Origin: Phoronis australis
Lineage: Eukaryota; Animalia; Phoronida
Length of the DNA stretch: 64,000 nt
Direction of reading: 5' to 3'
Assembly (NCBI GenBank): GCA_002633005.1
Contig: NMRA01000223.1
Location: 24,491-88,490, forward strand
The position numbers and the translations under genes are program-made. The notes below the pieces were generated by a model. It searched no databases, was not told the DNA's origin, and saw nothing but the letters and a program-made list of their open reading frames with translations. This document shows, in pieces, positions 1 to 12,994 of this stretch (its first letter is position 1; each line of letters opens with the position of its first letter).

Positions 1-317
1 TGCTATTTACAGCGTACTTTTCATTCTTCACTACTGCTAGCCACTTCCTAAGCATTTCGTACTCTCGAGGAAGTCGATAAAATGATATACAAGCTTTCCT
101 CACAGCTGCATAGTTCGGACAAGCGGGAACGATGCACCGCAACATAGCGGCATTCACTCTGCAAATGAACCACTGACGTCGCTGCGTCATTTCTCACCTT
201 CCTCACATGTTTACGCGACACCTCTCGGCAATTTAAGGTCGACCGTATGCGAGGCGATGTGGATATAGACGGATTAAGACGGCAAAAAAGACAAATTCAA
301 TCGGGTGGCATTCTCCT
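1..317 (-). mobile_element. Partial non-autonomous Kolobok-like element with THAP relic (continues beyond window start)
   Basis: Ends in GTGGCATTCTCCT followed by TTAA (318-321); reverse complement matches 50148-50470 and it aligns with 30685-31003. Confidence 0.75.
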
Positions 318-1120
318 TTAAGTTGATGCTTCGCCCACTTTTAATTTATCCAGGCCCCCAATATAATAAAAACTTTGCAAATGCCAAATATTTACCGAAG
401 CACTATTCAGCAGATGAAAAAAACACATTTCAACCAAAAATTCGTCCTCAAAAGATATAAATATTGTGCAACATATACTTGTCTAAGGTTCCGAAATGCA
501 TTAGTAAATAGATATCCCATGTTTCGCCAAACTGTCATTAACATATTGACCTGGAATTTACAAAAAACACACGCAAAGAACAATCTTTGTCCATAGCAAA
601 TTCTGGAAATGGTTGTAACCATGGCAATCCATTCCATATACAAAAATTGAAGATGTTTTGAATTTTGATGTATAGACTGATTTTTGAAAATCTACTGGAT
701 ATTATATAGACTGCCTCTTAATCAGTATCATTCACCACATCTGTGTCAACATTCACATAGCAAAAGTACCATCACCACATGTGTGTAAACATTCACATAA
801 TTATGCAAAGCACAAGTGAGATAAAGAACAGAGACTACTACACTAACCCTTTGATTGTAGTCTCAATTTCATGTCCACATCTTGAACAATACAAAGCTCT
901 TGAAGTCTTTATGTCGTGCATGTTAGGCATAAACGAAGGTAAATCACCATCGTCACCAACAGGTGGCAACAGAATCTGGCTGGACTCATTCAGACGCAAC
1001 CTCAGATGAAGCTCACCTAGATAATGATAAAGATTTGATAAACTTTAATTCATAGACTGAGGATAAATCCACTACAAAGGCTAATATACAGCATAGCACT
1101 CTTACAGCAATACATTAAAT

Positions 1121-3505
1121 AACACAAGAGCAACCCGGAGCATTGAAATGCGCCCACGAATGTATCGCAAATGGTGTTCTTTTAGGGTTGTTAATTGTAT
1201 CATTAAAATGGCCACTAGATGATGCAAAATACGTCGAATCCATCTGAAAACCACAAAAAATTCATTGTTTTTTAAAAGAAAGCCATTTACCAACTTTCAT
1301 TAAAATTCGCCGAGGAACTTCAAAGAAACAGAGGAAAACAAAACAAGAGCAACGCGGAGTGTTGAAATGCGCCCATGAATGCAACACAAATGGAGAGCTT
1401 CTAGGTTTGTTGATTTGTTTCATAAAAATAGCCACAAGAGAGCGAAAAAACACCCAATACATCTGAAAATGGGTACATGCCATCGCTTCTTTAATAGAAA
1501 GCTATTTTAGCAAATTTCATAACAAGAGCAACGCAGAGCGTTGAAATGCGCCCACAATTGCACCGCATATGGTATCCTTCTAGGGTTGTTTATTGGTACC
1601 ATAAAGTGGCCAGTAGAGGGCATATATGTAGTATGTTGTACTTTGCAAAATGGAAAGGCATGGTCCTTGTCTCCTCAATAGGCTAGGGGCAAAATGTGAG
1701 TAATCTTCATAATACAAGCACATCCTATACACCAGTTGCTTAAAGCACCACAGAAACATAGAATTAAAAACAAATTTACCAACATACGAGATTAGCACAG
1801 CATTAGAATGCCAGAAACAAATTTCTACTTGGAACTTTTCCTTCACAGTCACGAAGTAACACAAAGTATACACCTGAAGACCTATGAAAATACAGAGGTC
1901 AATGTAAAATACTAAAATTGCCACTAGAGGCAAATACTAAAATTGCCACTAGAGGCATACCGGTAATCAGAATCATCCTAAAGTCGTCATCGTCCGTTGT
2001 CAACATCACATAAATACACTTGCTAAATTTAGTAAAGATCCTGCAAACGGTTTGGGAGATACAGCCATGGGCGCAAAAAAACAAAACTGCCACTAGGAGG
2101 CGCCACAGTAGTCCAAATCGTCTGAAAATCATTGTCAGCTGTCTTCCTTATAGTAAGCACATACACGCCAATTTTCACAATCATCCTTTGAGCGGTTTGG
2201 TTGATAGAGGGGTGGACGCAAAAATACAGACTCGAAAACAGTAAAAATGGCCACTAGGTGGCGCAAACTACGTCGAATCCATCTGAAAACAGTAGGATAG
2301 CGTCATCTCACTAATAGGTGCCTACATACCAAATTTCATGAAAATCCGTTCAATACTTTTGAAGATACAAAGGTAAGCGTAAAAAACTAAAATTGCCACT
2401 AGGGGGCACACCGGTAGTCGGATCCGACCAAAAGTCGTCATCTTCCGTTGTTAACATCATATAAATATACTTACACAATTTGTAAAGATCCTGCGAACGG
2501 TTTAGGAGATACAGCCATAGGCGCAAAAAAACAAAACTGCCACTAGGAGGCGCCACAGTAGTCGAAGTCATTGGTAAATCACCCTCAGCTTCGTAGTAAG
2601 AACATATATGCCAATTTTCACAATCATCCTTCGTGCGGTTTGGATGATAGATGGGTGGACACCAAAAACCAGACTCGAAAACAGCAAAAATGGCCACTAG
2701 GGTGGCGCAAACTACGTCAAATCCATCCGAAAACGGAAGGATAGCGTCATCTCACAAATAGGTGCCTATATTCCAAATTTTATGAAAATGCCTCGAGGAC
2801 CTTTGAAGATACAGAGGTAAACGTAAAAAAATTAAATTCCCAATAGGGGGCACACCGGGAGTCAGATACGTCAGAAAGTTGTCGTCATATATTGTCAACA
2901 TCATATAAATACACTTGTAGAATCTAGTACAGTTCCTGCCAACGGTTTAGGAGATACAGCCATGAGCGCAAAAAGAAAGAGACAAAACTGCAGCTAGGAG
3001 GCGCCACAGTAGTCGAAATCATCGGAAAATCATCGTCAGTTGTTCTCTTCATAATAAAAACATACATGCCAATTTCCACGATCATCTTGAGAGCGGTTTC
3101 GTTGATAGTGGGGTGGACGCCAAAAACAGACTCGAAAACAGCAAAAATGGCCACTAGGGATCGCAAACTACGTCGAATCCATTCGAAAATGGGAGGATAG
3201 CGTCACCTCACCAATAGATGCCTATACGCCAAATTTTATGAAAATACCTTAAAGACCTTTGAAGATATAGAGGTAAGCGTAAAAAAACTATAATTGCCAC
3301 TAGGGGGCACACCGCTAGTCGTATCCGCCCAAACGTTCGATCATGCCGTCCCATCCATGATAGGAACATATGTGCAAAAGTTCATGAAAGTACATCAAAG
3401 CGTTTTGGAGATAGAGCAGCGGACACCGGACGGACGCCGTAAGGACGCCGTACGGACGGAGGTGACGGCATAATGCATCCACATATAAATATGTGGGCGC
3501 ATAAA
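1121..3505 (-). mobile_element. Helentron-associated non-autonomous element (HINE/DINE-1-like) with central tandem repeats
   Basis: Minus-strand 5' end TTTTATGCGCCC-ACATATTTATATGT-GGATGCAT (subTIR/IR hairpin) followed by GTCC-like microsatellite (3420-3505); 3' end GGGCGCAT + small palindrome + CTCTTGT present three times (about 1121, 1341, 1521); ~150-bp internal repeats. Confidence 0.7.
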
Positions 3506-3920
3506 AGAGAAATTGCCACAAATGGGCACAGCGCTCATCGGATCCATCTAAAGTTGTCATTTCCTCTTGTTAACTTCATATAAATACACATGCTAAATTT
3601 AGATCCAGCAGAGATACAGATATGGGTGCAAAAAAATTAAAACCGCTACTAGGAGCCAAAGTCATCAAAAAATCATCAGCAACCGTCCCCTTCATAGAAA
3701 GAACATACATGCCAACTTTCACAATTATCCTTAGAGTGGTTTGGTTGACGGAGGGACAAACGCCATAAAACAGAATCAAAAACGACAAAAATGGCCACTA
3801 GGTGGCGCAAAAAACCTTGAATCAATCTGAAGATGAATGGCTGGCGTCATCTCACTAATGGATGTCTATGTGCCAAATGCCAGATTTTATGGAAATCCAT
3901 TGAGTTTGAAGATACAGACC
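1900..3920. repeat. ~150-bp tandem repeat with ~450-bp (3-mer) higher-order period; each unit carries a GCCACTAGRKGGCRC motif
   Basis: Motif variants recur at about 1943/2393/2840/3294, 2088/2538/2988 and 2248/2691/3148, also 3644 and 3793. Confidence 0.85.
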
Positions 3921-3946
3921 GGCAGCCCAGAGCACTTAGCATAGAT

Positions 3947-5468
3947 AAAAAAAAAACAGTGCAGGTGGTCTGATGTCACTTGCGTGCATCAGACGTGCGC
4001 AGGCCTCTTGGTTGGGCCCATTGCACAAAACACCTGAGCAAAGGCACGAGACCCCAATTATGGCTCCTCGTGAAGAAAGTTTTCAAGTCTGCCAGTCTCC
4101 TTTAGGAAAACGGACAGACGTTTCCATTTGTTGCCATGCACTATATGTTGTAGGCATGTAACAATGCCATCCAGTAGGTTGCTCCTTAGCCTATAAAAAG
4201 CTGGGCAAGACTCTACCAGGTGTTTAGGAGATTCTACGTCAGTACCACACTCGGGACACACAGGGCTCCCCATATGCCCAGTAATGTGTCTGTGTCGGGC
4301 TAGGTTGCAGTGGCCCGTCAAAATTTGAATGACGTGTCTTATACCCAATCTATCTAGACTCAGAAGGCTTTTTGAACCTTTTGGTTCGATCACGTTGGGA
4401 AAATTCTCCTTGGTCTCTCTGCAGGAGTTAAGTGATGCCCACTGGGCTGCTGACTGGGTATGTACCCAGTTGCGTATACTCATCCTGCAACATCCGTAAG
4501 ATACCGGGATAGCAGGTTCAGGCACAAAATGCAGAACGCTTGCTCCTATCTTTGCGAGTCTGTCTGCATTCTCATTGCCATCAATTCCCACATGGGCCCT
4601 GACCCAGCGTATATTGACGGTTCTTTCAATTGCAAGCTTGTTAAGCTCATTAATACAAGCATTAACACAACGAGAGTTGACCCTTAGTTTCTTTAGGGCT
4701 TTTATTGCTGCCTGGCTATCTGAAAAGATGGTAATTGGGCCTATTGCCAAGTTCAGTGTTATATTGTGCCAGTTGAGCAGCTCTATTAATTGCAGTGATC
4801 TCAGTCTGAAACACCGTGGCAAGATTGCCTAACGATACCCAGTTTTCTGCATCTGCAACAGGAAGGCTTGGAAAGTAGACCCCAGCACCTGTCTGGCCAT
4901 TTTCCAGTTTAGAGCCGTCCGTATAACAAACCACCTCATTCTTGTGTTCTGCGGTAGGCCATCCATCACCAATTTCCGCGAAGAAATTGTTTGTATGATT
5001 TAAAGCTGTGACCTGGTCATCACTAGGCATGTTCCATAGTTGCCCAGTCTTGGCCATTAGCTTATTGCAAACATTCCTGAGGCTTCTGTGTGCAACGGAG
5101 TCAGGGATGTTAGTTTTCACCCACTGACCATTATATTTGAGACGAAGTGCAGCACATGCAGCTTCACCCTCAAGGTATATGTTCAGTGGAGGTAGACCGA
5201 TTAGCATTTCTAGGGCTGCAGAAGGCATTCCTGGAAAAGCAGAGGTTATGCACAGACAAGATAGACGTTGCAGCTACCTAAGTTTGTTGATAATTGTAAT
5301 CTGTTTTAATGCCGTTCCCCAAATCGACGAAGCATAGGACATTATAGGTCAGATAACAGCAGTATAAATCCAGAACATATTCTTGGGGGACATTCCCCAA
5401 GTTTTACCCACCGCACGACTGCATCTCACCAATGCAGATTTGGCTTTTGAGATTTTTTCTGTAATATG
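3947..5468 (-). mobile_element. 5'-truncated non-LTR retrotransposon (I-group, Loa/R1-like) with RNase H and C-terminal CCHC; frameshifted
   Basis: YTDGSK...VFQTEITAI and IFSDSQAAIKAL...WVRAHVGIDGNENADRLAK RNase H motifs; CPECG...KHLVESC knuckle; split over ORFs 4716-5228 and 4058-4822; 12-bp TSD CTTAGCATAGAT at 3935-3946 and 5469-5480. Confidence 0.9.
4058..5228 (-). pseudogene. LINE ORF2 C-terminal part (RT thumb remnant, RNase H, zinc knuckle) with a frameshift near 4780
   Basis: Two overlapping ORFs each carry half of the RNase H catalytic motifs. Confidence 0.85.
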
Positions 5469-5480
5469 CTTAGCATAGAT

Positions 5481-8091
5481 GAACGAGGTACCAACATATG
5501 ACCGGGAGCATTTAAAGTCCACCTCAGTATGTACAAAAATGGACGTCTGCCGTTGTCTGCACTCTGGGTGTGATCCCTGGGGGCTTACAAAGGGCCCAGA
5601 AAATGAGCTAGACTAGATATACGAAGTACCAACCAAAACTGATTTAAAACGAATAATAGTACCCCACTGAACACCGAATGACCCATGACAGACAAATTGC
5701 ACTATGGAATGGGTCCGGCAGAAACCAAAAAAGGACCCTCCAAAAATGAGCTAGCACATACCGTATTCGCTGTAATAACCGCCCATGCCCCTATAAGCGC
5801 CCTCCCATGCGTTTTCAGACTTTGCTGAAATAAGCGCCCAGTCCATGACCGTGCACATGCGAACAATGACGTACCTACAGTCCTAAAACTCGACTACAGT
5901 AACGTCTTCAATTTATCAAAAAATTTTTGCACGGGTCTACAAGACCACCAGTGGCACTGCTACGTTTGTAATTAGCCGTGACTTTACACTTCAAAGTAAC
6001 GCAGCGCTTCAAAAAGAACGCAACAGCGTTGCTACGCTCTCGCGACGACCGTGTCCCACTATGGTCTGACCTTTCAGTAGACACATCGATTGTCTCATGA
6101 ATAAAAATAACTCGGTGTTAAACACACATGGCCAGGAAGCGTGTGCTACATACATGAACCTGTCATCAAATACATTAGTCGGGAACTATCCATTCATGAA
6201 ACGGGTGGCATAGCATCGATAAGAAATGAATATTGGCATTAATTTCCGACAATTTCTAATACTACAAAACATGTTTGCGTTATTTTTGAGATGGATTGTT
6301 TGATTAATCATAATTGGTGTTTTTAAGCCGAATATTCGATAAAATGACAACTGACAGTGAATGCTTACACACCCTTACACTGAAAAGTAACTGTCAGATA
6401 GTTACGTACGCATCCAGCTACACGGCGACTAACATGGGCCTTACCGAGACAAATGTCGAAAGTTTTTAGCAAGAGACCGGCAAGTGCTGAATGAAACACG
6501 CTCTGGTTTAGGCCTACTGCTTGTGCAAATTTCGTTAGACACATCTAGCTAGTTAGATTGCGTGACTCTGGTCAAAAGACCGTCTCTGCTTTGGCAAATG
6601 AACTCTGGTGACACGCACGCGCTCGCTTACTCGCAGACAAATTTCAAAACAAACGTCACGTGACAACAACATGTGTGTTCGTCCAGACATTTTTCTCGCC
6701 GTGTTGCCGATCACACATGTAGATGGGACGATGTTGCACAGATTTGTACTTAAACCTGCCATTAATCCAGACTCCACGGGAACTTAAAAAATCTTAGAGA
6801 CGCTACTTATAAAACTTAATCAGGATTTCAGGTAATTTGCTTGAGTCAAACCCATTTTTATTCAAGCATTGAAGTCGCCATATCGAAGACGGCGATTTCG
6901 AGGCAGTCAGTCGGAGAGTTTTCGCCCTGGTATTTCAGCACAATTTTCTGTAAAATGATCGTAATTTAGCAGCAAAGTTTGATAGCAATGACCACAGTTT
7001 TGTTGAAAGTCTTTCATTGTTTACATATATGTCACAGAGCGTAAATTTGATGAATCTTAGATTTCGTTTCGGAGACAGAGTTTCAACCGCCTTGGGTTAT
7101 AATAAGCGCCCCCCCTGAACCGAACTTTTCTAAGCGCCCTGGGCGGTTATTACAGCGAATACGGTACATTCGAGGTACCACACAAAATCAATTGCATATG
7201 GTTCAATATATGCACAGATCACTAAAACCCCAATGACAGACAAAATACACTCTGGGTTGTGACCTGCAGAAACCACCAAAAATCTCAACCATGGTATGCC
7301 ATCAAAAATTTGAGCTAGACTAGATATTCGAGGTACCGGTCAAAACTGATTTAAAACGAGCAATAGTACTGCACTAAACACCGAATGACCGATGACAGAC
7401 AAATTGCACTCTGCAATGGGTCCGGCAGAAACCAAAAAAGGACCCCCCAAAACTGAGCTAGCACATACATTCGTGGTACCACACAAAACCAATTCCATAT
7501 GATTCAATACATGTCACAGATCACTAAAACCCCTATGACAGACAAAATGCACTCTGGGTTTTGCCCGGCAGAAACCCCAAAAAATCTCAACCATGGTATG
7601 CCATCAAAATATGAGCTACACTAAATTTTTGAGGTACCGGCCAAAACTGATTTAAAATGAACAATAGTACCACACTGAACACTGAATGACCCATGACAGA
7701 TAAACTGCACTCTGGAATGGGTCAGGCAGAAACCGAAAAAGACCCCCCCAAAAATGAGCCAACACATACATTCGAGGTACCACAAAAAACCAATTACATG
7801 AGATTCAATACATGTCATAGGTCACTAAATGCCCTATGACCGGCAGACAAAATACACTATGGATTGTGCCTGGCAGAAACCCTCAAAAATCTCAACCACG
7901 GTATGCCATTTTTGAGACTGTTAGATTTTCAAGGTATCGGCTTAAACTGATTTAAAACCAACAATCGTGCTGCACTGAACACCCACTGATCCGTGAAAGA
8001 CAAATTTTGCTCTGGAAATAGTCGGCCAGAAACCCAGAAAGGATCTTAAAAAGGGAGTTACAATTGTTCATGCAGCTTCCACCTGCTAGTT
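5481..8091. repeat. Second ~150/300-bp tandem repeat array (probably HINE-internal), interrupted by a MITE
   Basis: GAGCTAGACTAGATAT/GAGCTAGCACATAC...GGTACC units at about 5606, 5748, 7312, 7456, 7613, 7756. Confidence 0.75.
5761..7164. mobile_element. Non-autonomous Tc1/mariner/pogo-type DNA transposon
   Basis: Perfect 24-bp TIR CCGTATTCGCTGTAATAACCGCCC; TA duplicated at 5759-60 and 7165-66; uninterrupted unit CTAGCACATACATTCG at about 7458 confirms the empty site. Confidence 0.9.
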
Positions 8092-8489
8092 CAAATACAA
8101 GATGTTAAAAATTGCACCACGGAAATCGAAGTACACATATTCTCAATTGGTGATAATAGTGGTGTATTTAATAAGTTAACTGCAAAAAATGGGACCGCAG
8201 GATACAAAAACTAATTATAGAAAACTTTCGTTCACCAAAGCCTTTGTTTACTCTCATGATCACAAGAAGCGAAAAGCAGACGGGTGTCAAGATGTGAGAC
8301 AGTTAGCTTGCCCAGTGGTAAGTTTTTGAAGAAATTTTTACATGATGTCGAAATTCAGTGTACTGTATAGTGTTTCACAGAGTCACTTGTCGATGGCCGA
8401 TATAAAATACAAATCACCCCTAATTTGGTGCGCAGCCATGCGGTGGAGTCCCAATGCTATTTAAATAAACATATAAACAACAACGTGTT

Positions 8490-8765
8490 TCAGTAACAAG
8501 GGGTCTCGCTGCAGCATTGCCTGGTCTGCATGCGGTGACAGGGTGTGACGTCACAGCAGCACTGTATAAGAAAGGGAAAGTGAGGCCTCTGGAAATCCTC
8601 ATGAAAAACTCATTTGGGACACTTATCAGCTTCTTCTCAGACTCAATAAGCGTAGATGTCCAACTTGACGAAAGAAAGTTAGAAGAATACATATGCCTCT
8701 TATTAGGGAGGAATCAAAGATGTCAATGAAGCGAGATATCAGAAATTAATTGAGATGACCGCTCT
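8490..8765 (+). pseudogene. Fragment of XPG/FEN1-like (H3TH) domain of the kind carried by Academ(X) transposons
   Basis: ALPGLHAVTGCDVTAALYKKGK motif, then LEEYICLLLG; no long ORF. Confidence 0.55.
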
Positions 8766-8814
8766 TAAAGATGATTGTAAAAATTGGCATGCATGTATTT
8801 TCTTACTATGAAGA

Positions 8815-9370
8815 GAAAGCCTGACGATGATTTTCTGATTAATCTGGCTACTGTGGCGCCTCCTAGTGGCAGTTTATTGGTGACATGATGCTATCTCACT
8901 ATTTTCCAAATTATTTGAGACATTTTGCGCCACCTAGTGGCCATTTATGTTTTTTTCCAATTGGTTTTTTGGCATCTGCTCCTCAATCAACTAAACCATT
9001 CTATGGATTATTGTGAAAATTGATATATCTGTTCTCAGTTTGAAGAGTATGGCTGACGATGACGACTAACTACTGTGGCGCCTACTAGCTTTTTTGCGCC
9101 TATAGCTGTATGTCCTAAGCCTACTGCAGGATCTTAATTAAATTTAGCAAGTGTATTCATATCATGTTGAGAACAGATATTGACAACTTTCAGGTGCATT
9201 GCCCCCTAGTGGCCATTCCATTTTTTCCGGTCTTCCTTTGTTTCTCTATAGTTTCTTGATAGATTTTTATGGAAATTGGTAAATACTTTCTATTAAAGAA
9301 ACGATGTTTCTGTTTTCGGATGGAGTTGACGTGTTTTGCGCCATCTGGTGGCCATTTTTATGATACAAAT
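8815..9370. repeat. Inverted copy of the ~150-bp CCACTAG repeat family of 1900-3920
   Basis: GCGCCTCCTAGTGGC, GCGCCACCTAGTGGCC, GCCCCCTAGTGGCC at about 8857, 8927, 9201. Confidence 0.75.
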
Positions 9371-9375
9371 AGATG

Positions 9376-9610
9376 TCACAAGAAGCATGCTGTTTGTGAT
9401 GCCGAATTGCTTCAAAATTTTTCGCTCTCCGGCTGCCTTTCGGCGGGGCCCTTCACAAGAAGCATGCTGTTTGTGATGCCCAATTGCTTCAAAATGTTTT
9501 GCTCTCCGGCCTCCTTTCGGCGGGGCCCTTCTATATTAATATAGGTGGCCCCGCTCTCCGACCTCCTTTCGGCGGGGCCTTCCTATATTAATATAGGCGG
9601 CCCCGCTTTT
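9376..9610. repeat. Short tandem duplications ending in a GC-clamped hairpin
   Basis: TCACAAGAAGCATGCTGTTTGTGATGCC twice; GGCGGGGCC..CTATATTAATATAGG..GGCCCCGC twice. Confidence 0.7.
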
Positions 9611-9849
9611 GAGGTCCAAAATTCAATTTTTTGCCTATGTCATTTTAATAAGAATAAGTCATTTTAAATAATAAGCTGTTATTAATGTAATCTTTATTTA
9701 TGTTAAAGGTTTTACTAGCGTCCTATTTAATTGTACACGAATGTGAATTTGTTGAAATCGCTGATCCAAATCCTGGCCAAATGTGCGCATTATGCTGAGA
9801 CCAACCGTCTGATCAGGCCCACCGAAGAGTAATTTAGTTAATTCGCTCA

Positions 9850-10531
9850 CTAGACTATGGCTGAAGGTCTTCGTAAGGACAAGAGTTCACCAGTCACTGC
9901 CATTGGAAGAAATTTAGCGGACATTTTTCGTCAAAAAGTTTACCAGATAGTTTTCATCGAAACGGAGAAAAGGAAAATGGATTTGTGAAGACAGGATTAA
10001 GTAGTAGGCCTACCAGAGCCTCTTAAAAACACCCATCTCCGAAGTGACGTGAACAAATGTACAAGTTTTTTTTTGGAAGAACAACTTCCATTCACGTCGA
10101 CGCGAGAACATAACTTTTTCTCCCACAGCGGATTTTGGGGTCTCCGTACACTATGGAAGCTAACGCTTCTGCATTTCGCCTGCGTAGCCGAACAACCGGC
10201 CACACAGCCACCGACCAAGATTAGCAGACGACGTACTTGCCGGAAATTACACCAGATAATTTAGCCAGGTGTCGCCAGTGAATAATGACGTAANATTTTG
10301 GGGTCTCCGTACACTATGGAAGCTAACGCCTCTGCATTTCGCCTGCGTAGCCGAACAACCGGCCACACAGCCACCGACCAAGATTAGCAGACGACGTACT
10401 TGCCGGAAATTACACCAGATAATTTAGCCAGGTGTCGCCAGTGAATAATGACGTAAAAGCTTGTGCGCAAGCTCACAGATTTCGTCCATTGAAAGTATAC
10501 GGAGTTGGCGGTCCATGTACTATAGTCTATG
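9850..10531 (-). mobile_element. Small non-autonomous THAP-bearing DNA element (P-like?)
   Basis: Imperfect TIR TAGACTAT...ATAGTCTA; ORF 9997-10218 MVGGCVAGCS...SFH...P...W resembles a THAP N-terminus. Confidence 0.4.
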
Positions 10532-12994
10532 ACGCAACAGACCTGGAAATCCAGCGAAACACTTCTATCTTAAAAATCTGACAATACCTAGTCTCAGAAA
10601 ATTTGATCACCTGGCAAAAATACTAATGATGATTTTCCGGTGATGATTATCATCCACTTTGTTTATTTACTTCACCTACACAATTTGAAATGCTTGGTAA
10701 AATAAAGCCCATTCGAGTAAGCACCATGTGGGTCCCAATGCCAACCCAATATATGATAGAACCCAAAAAGCTCAAGTTGCGGTCAAATCAGGACGGGCAT
10801 GACTAAGGAAATTTACTTAACCGAATAAGAATAAGATACAGTGTTGCTACAGTAAGCACGTGCACGATACTTGGTCCATTATCAGATCACCAATGGCGCA
10901 AAATTTCGAAAACAGCTGGATTCTTAGGGAGTCCTGTTACTGTTCTATTTATTTTCAAAACTTTATATTGTGTTACATTGAATTTATTTTCTGTTCGACT
11001 CATTGAAACCATTTAATATGAATGCATTCGACACAATTACTGCATTGTAAAAACCAAAAGTTGTGCTCTATCAACATTATACAAAATCAGTTAACCCCTT
11101 TCTTAAAAAATGGATTAAAATTTGGAAACAGAGGACACAAGTTTCCATCACTTGTAACGTAGATTTTCGACATTGATGTTGGGGAGGAACATCATTCTGG
11201 CGACATCAACACGGAATCGTACGTTTTTGTTTATGTCTTTTTTCAATACGGTTAAGGGTTACTTCTGAATCCAGGAACAAGAACTGAAAGAGGCAGGGTT
11301 CGCAATAACGTTGAAGAACGGTAACATTTATATAAGGTGTTACAACTGTCATCGATATTGTCACCTCCTCTGTTTTCATCCAATCTAACAAAGTTAATAT
11401 TTTTCTAAACCAAAAATATTAAATTAATATCTTTTGCATTCACAGGTACTCCTAAGTTGGAATTTGTGCACAAACATGCTTTCGTAGTTTTCCCAGTTGG
11501 CCCATGTAAACCATAAATCACAAACTGTCCGATAACTATACTGGTATTGGGCAAGCAGACGACATAATCAGTCGGCACCGAAGTTTGAATTTTGTAATTA
11601 ATTACCAGCAGCATTGTCAAAAGTACTCACGATACCAACACTTCTACTACTGGAAGACTGTGAACAGCGTTTCAATGCCGAAATTAATATTTTTTCGTTG
11701 TACTGGACAGTAAAGTAGATGCAAATATTTCTCGTCAAAATACACTTACCGGAAACTGCACCAGAAAATTTAGGAGAGTGGCGTCGCCTCTTGGCTAGCA
11801 CGTAAGTAAATGTCGGAGTTGCGAATCTGTTTTCTATAATCTATGGTGGCAATGACACCTGTGTTGAAAGCAGGTGAAGTGAATACGTGAATTAGGACAA
11901 ATTACGACGTTATTTTGCCAGTGATTTCGAAATACCCAAAGAATTTAATGTTACAATCGTTGTGGATTCTTTTCTAATCCTGCAGCTATTCAAGACTGGT
12001 TGATAAATACTATATCCGACACTGAAGTTTACATGATAAGTCAATTTACGAAAGAATGTTGAACTTTCGGATCGAAATTTTTATACGAAGTTCTGTATTT
12101 CGATGCTCACGAAAGCGAAGATAGAAATCAATTATCAGATATGCCATGTTTGTACTTCTTTCTTAAATTCTGCATTTTCCACTTCAGCTGGCCAAATAGA
12201 ATACATGTATCAAGATATAGCACTTTTTTCTATACTATAGTAAATGTAGATCTCAATATTATTCAGCACATACGCCAAGAACAAAACTGTTACTGAGTGA
12301 GAGCTTGCTGAAAGGAGTGGCATGGTCGTTCTACAGAAGAGCCAAAATACGATTGTAGAGTGCTTGTTTTCCGGAAGACAGCTCTTTGCAAGTGCTATGG
12401 CTTACGACCACATTTTGCACTTTGTAAGGGAACACGATACACTTGCTTCATTGATCAGTATGTTGTCTGAAACTTTGTGCATAATCATTGTGAACGTCTA
12501 GGTACAGTACACACTTCATGGGCGGCACACAGTAGGGGGCTGGAGGGGGGNGAAGACAGCTCTTTGCAAGTGCTATGGCTTACGACCACATTTTGCACTG
12601 TGTAAGGGAACACGATACACTTGCTTCATTGATCAGTATGTTGTCTGAAACTGTGTGCATAATCATTGTGAACGTCTAGGTACAGTACACACTTCATGGG
12701 CGGCACATAGTAGGGGGCTGGAGGGGGGGGGGCTATATCCGCCCACACACTTGCAAACATTGTCTGCTTCTAGAGAAAATGAACCAAAGCCCCCTCTTCA
12801 CATATGATGTCAACATCTCACTAAATATATAAACACGACTTGTATTTTTACAGTATTCTCTATCCAGAATTTGTTGAATACACGACACTTTTCATTTTTC
12901 ACGGTTTTATTCCGTTGCGTTCATACTTTCTGAACAAAACTCTACTCTCTACTGAACATAGATACAGTAACTGACCTAGCGACATAATTAAAAA

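Noticed and set aside
1900-8091. Regularly spaced motifs resembling a CRISPR array
   Set aside because: Intervening sequences are homologous diverged monomers, not unique spacers; no cas genes; eukaryotic context
10132-10456. Near-identical ~160-bp direct duplication
   Set aside because: Copies abut a single n at 10294; typical contig-overlap artefact
12374-12730. Near-identical ~178-bp direct duplication
   Set aside because: Copies abut n at 12551 next to a poly-G; assembly artefact or two haplotypes
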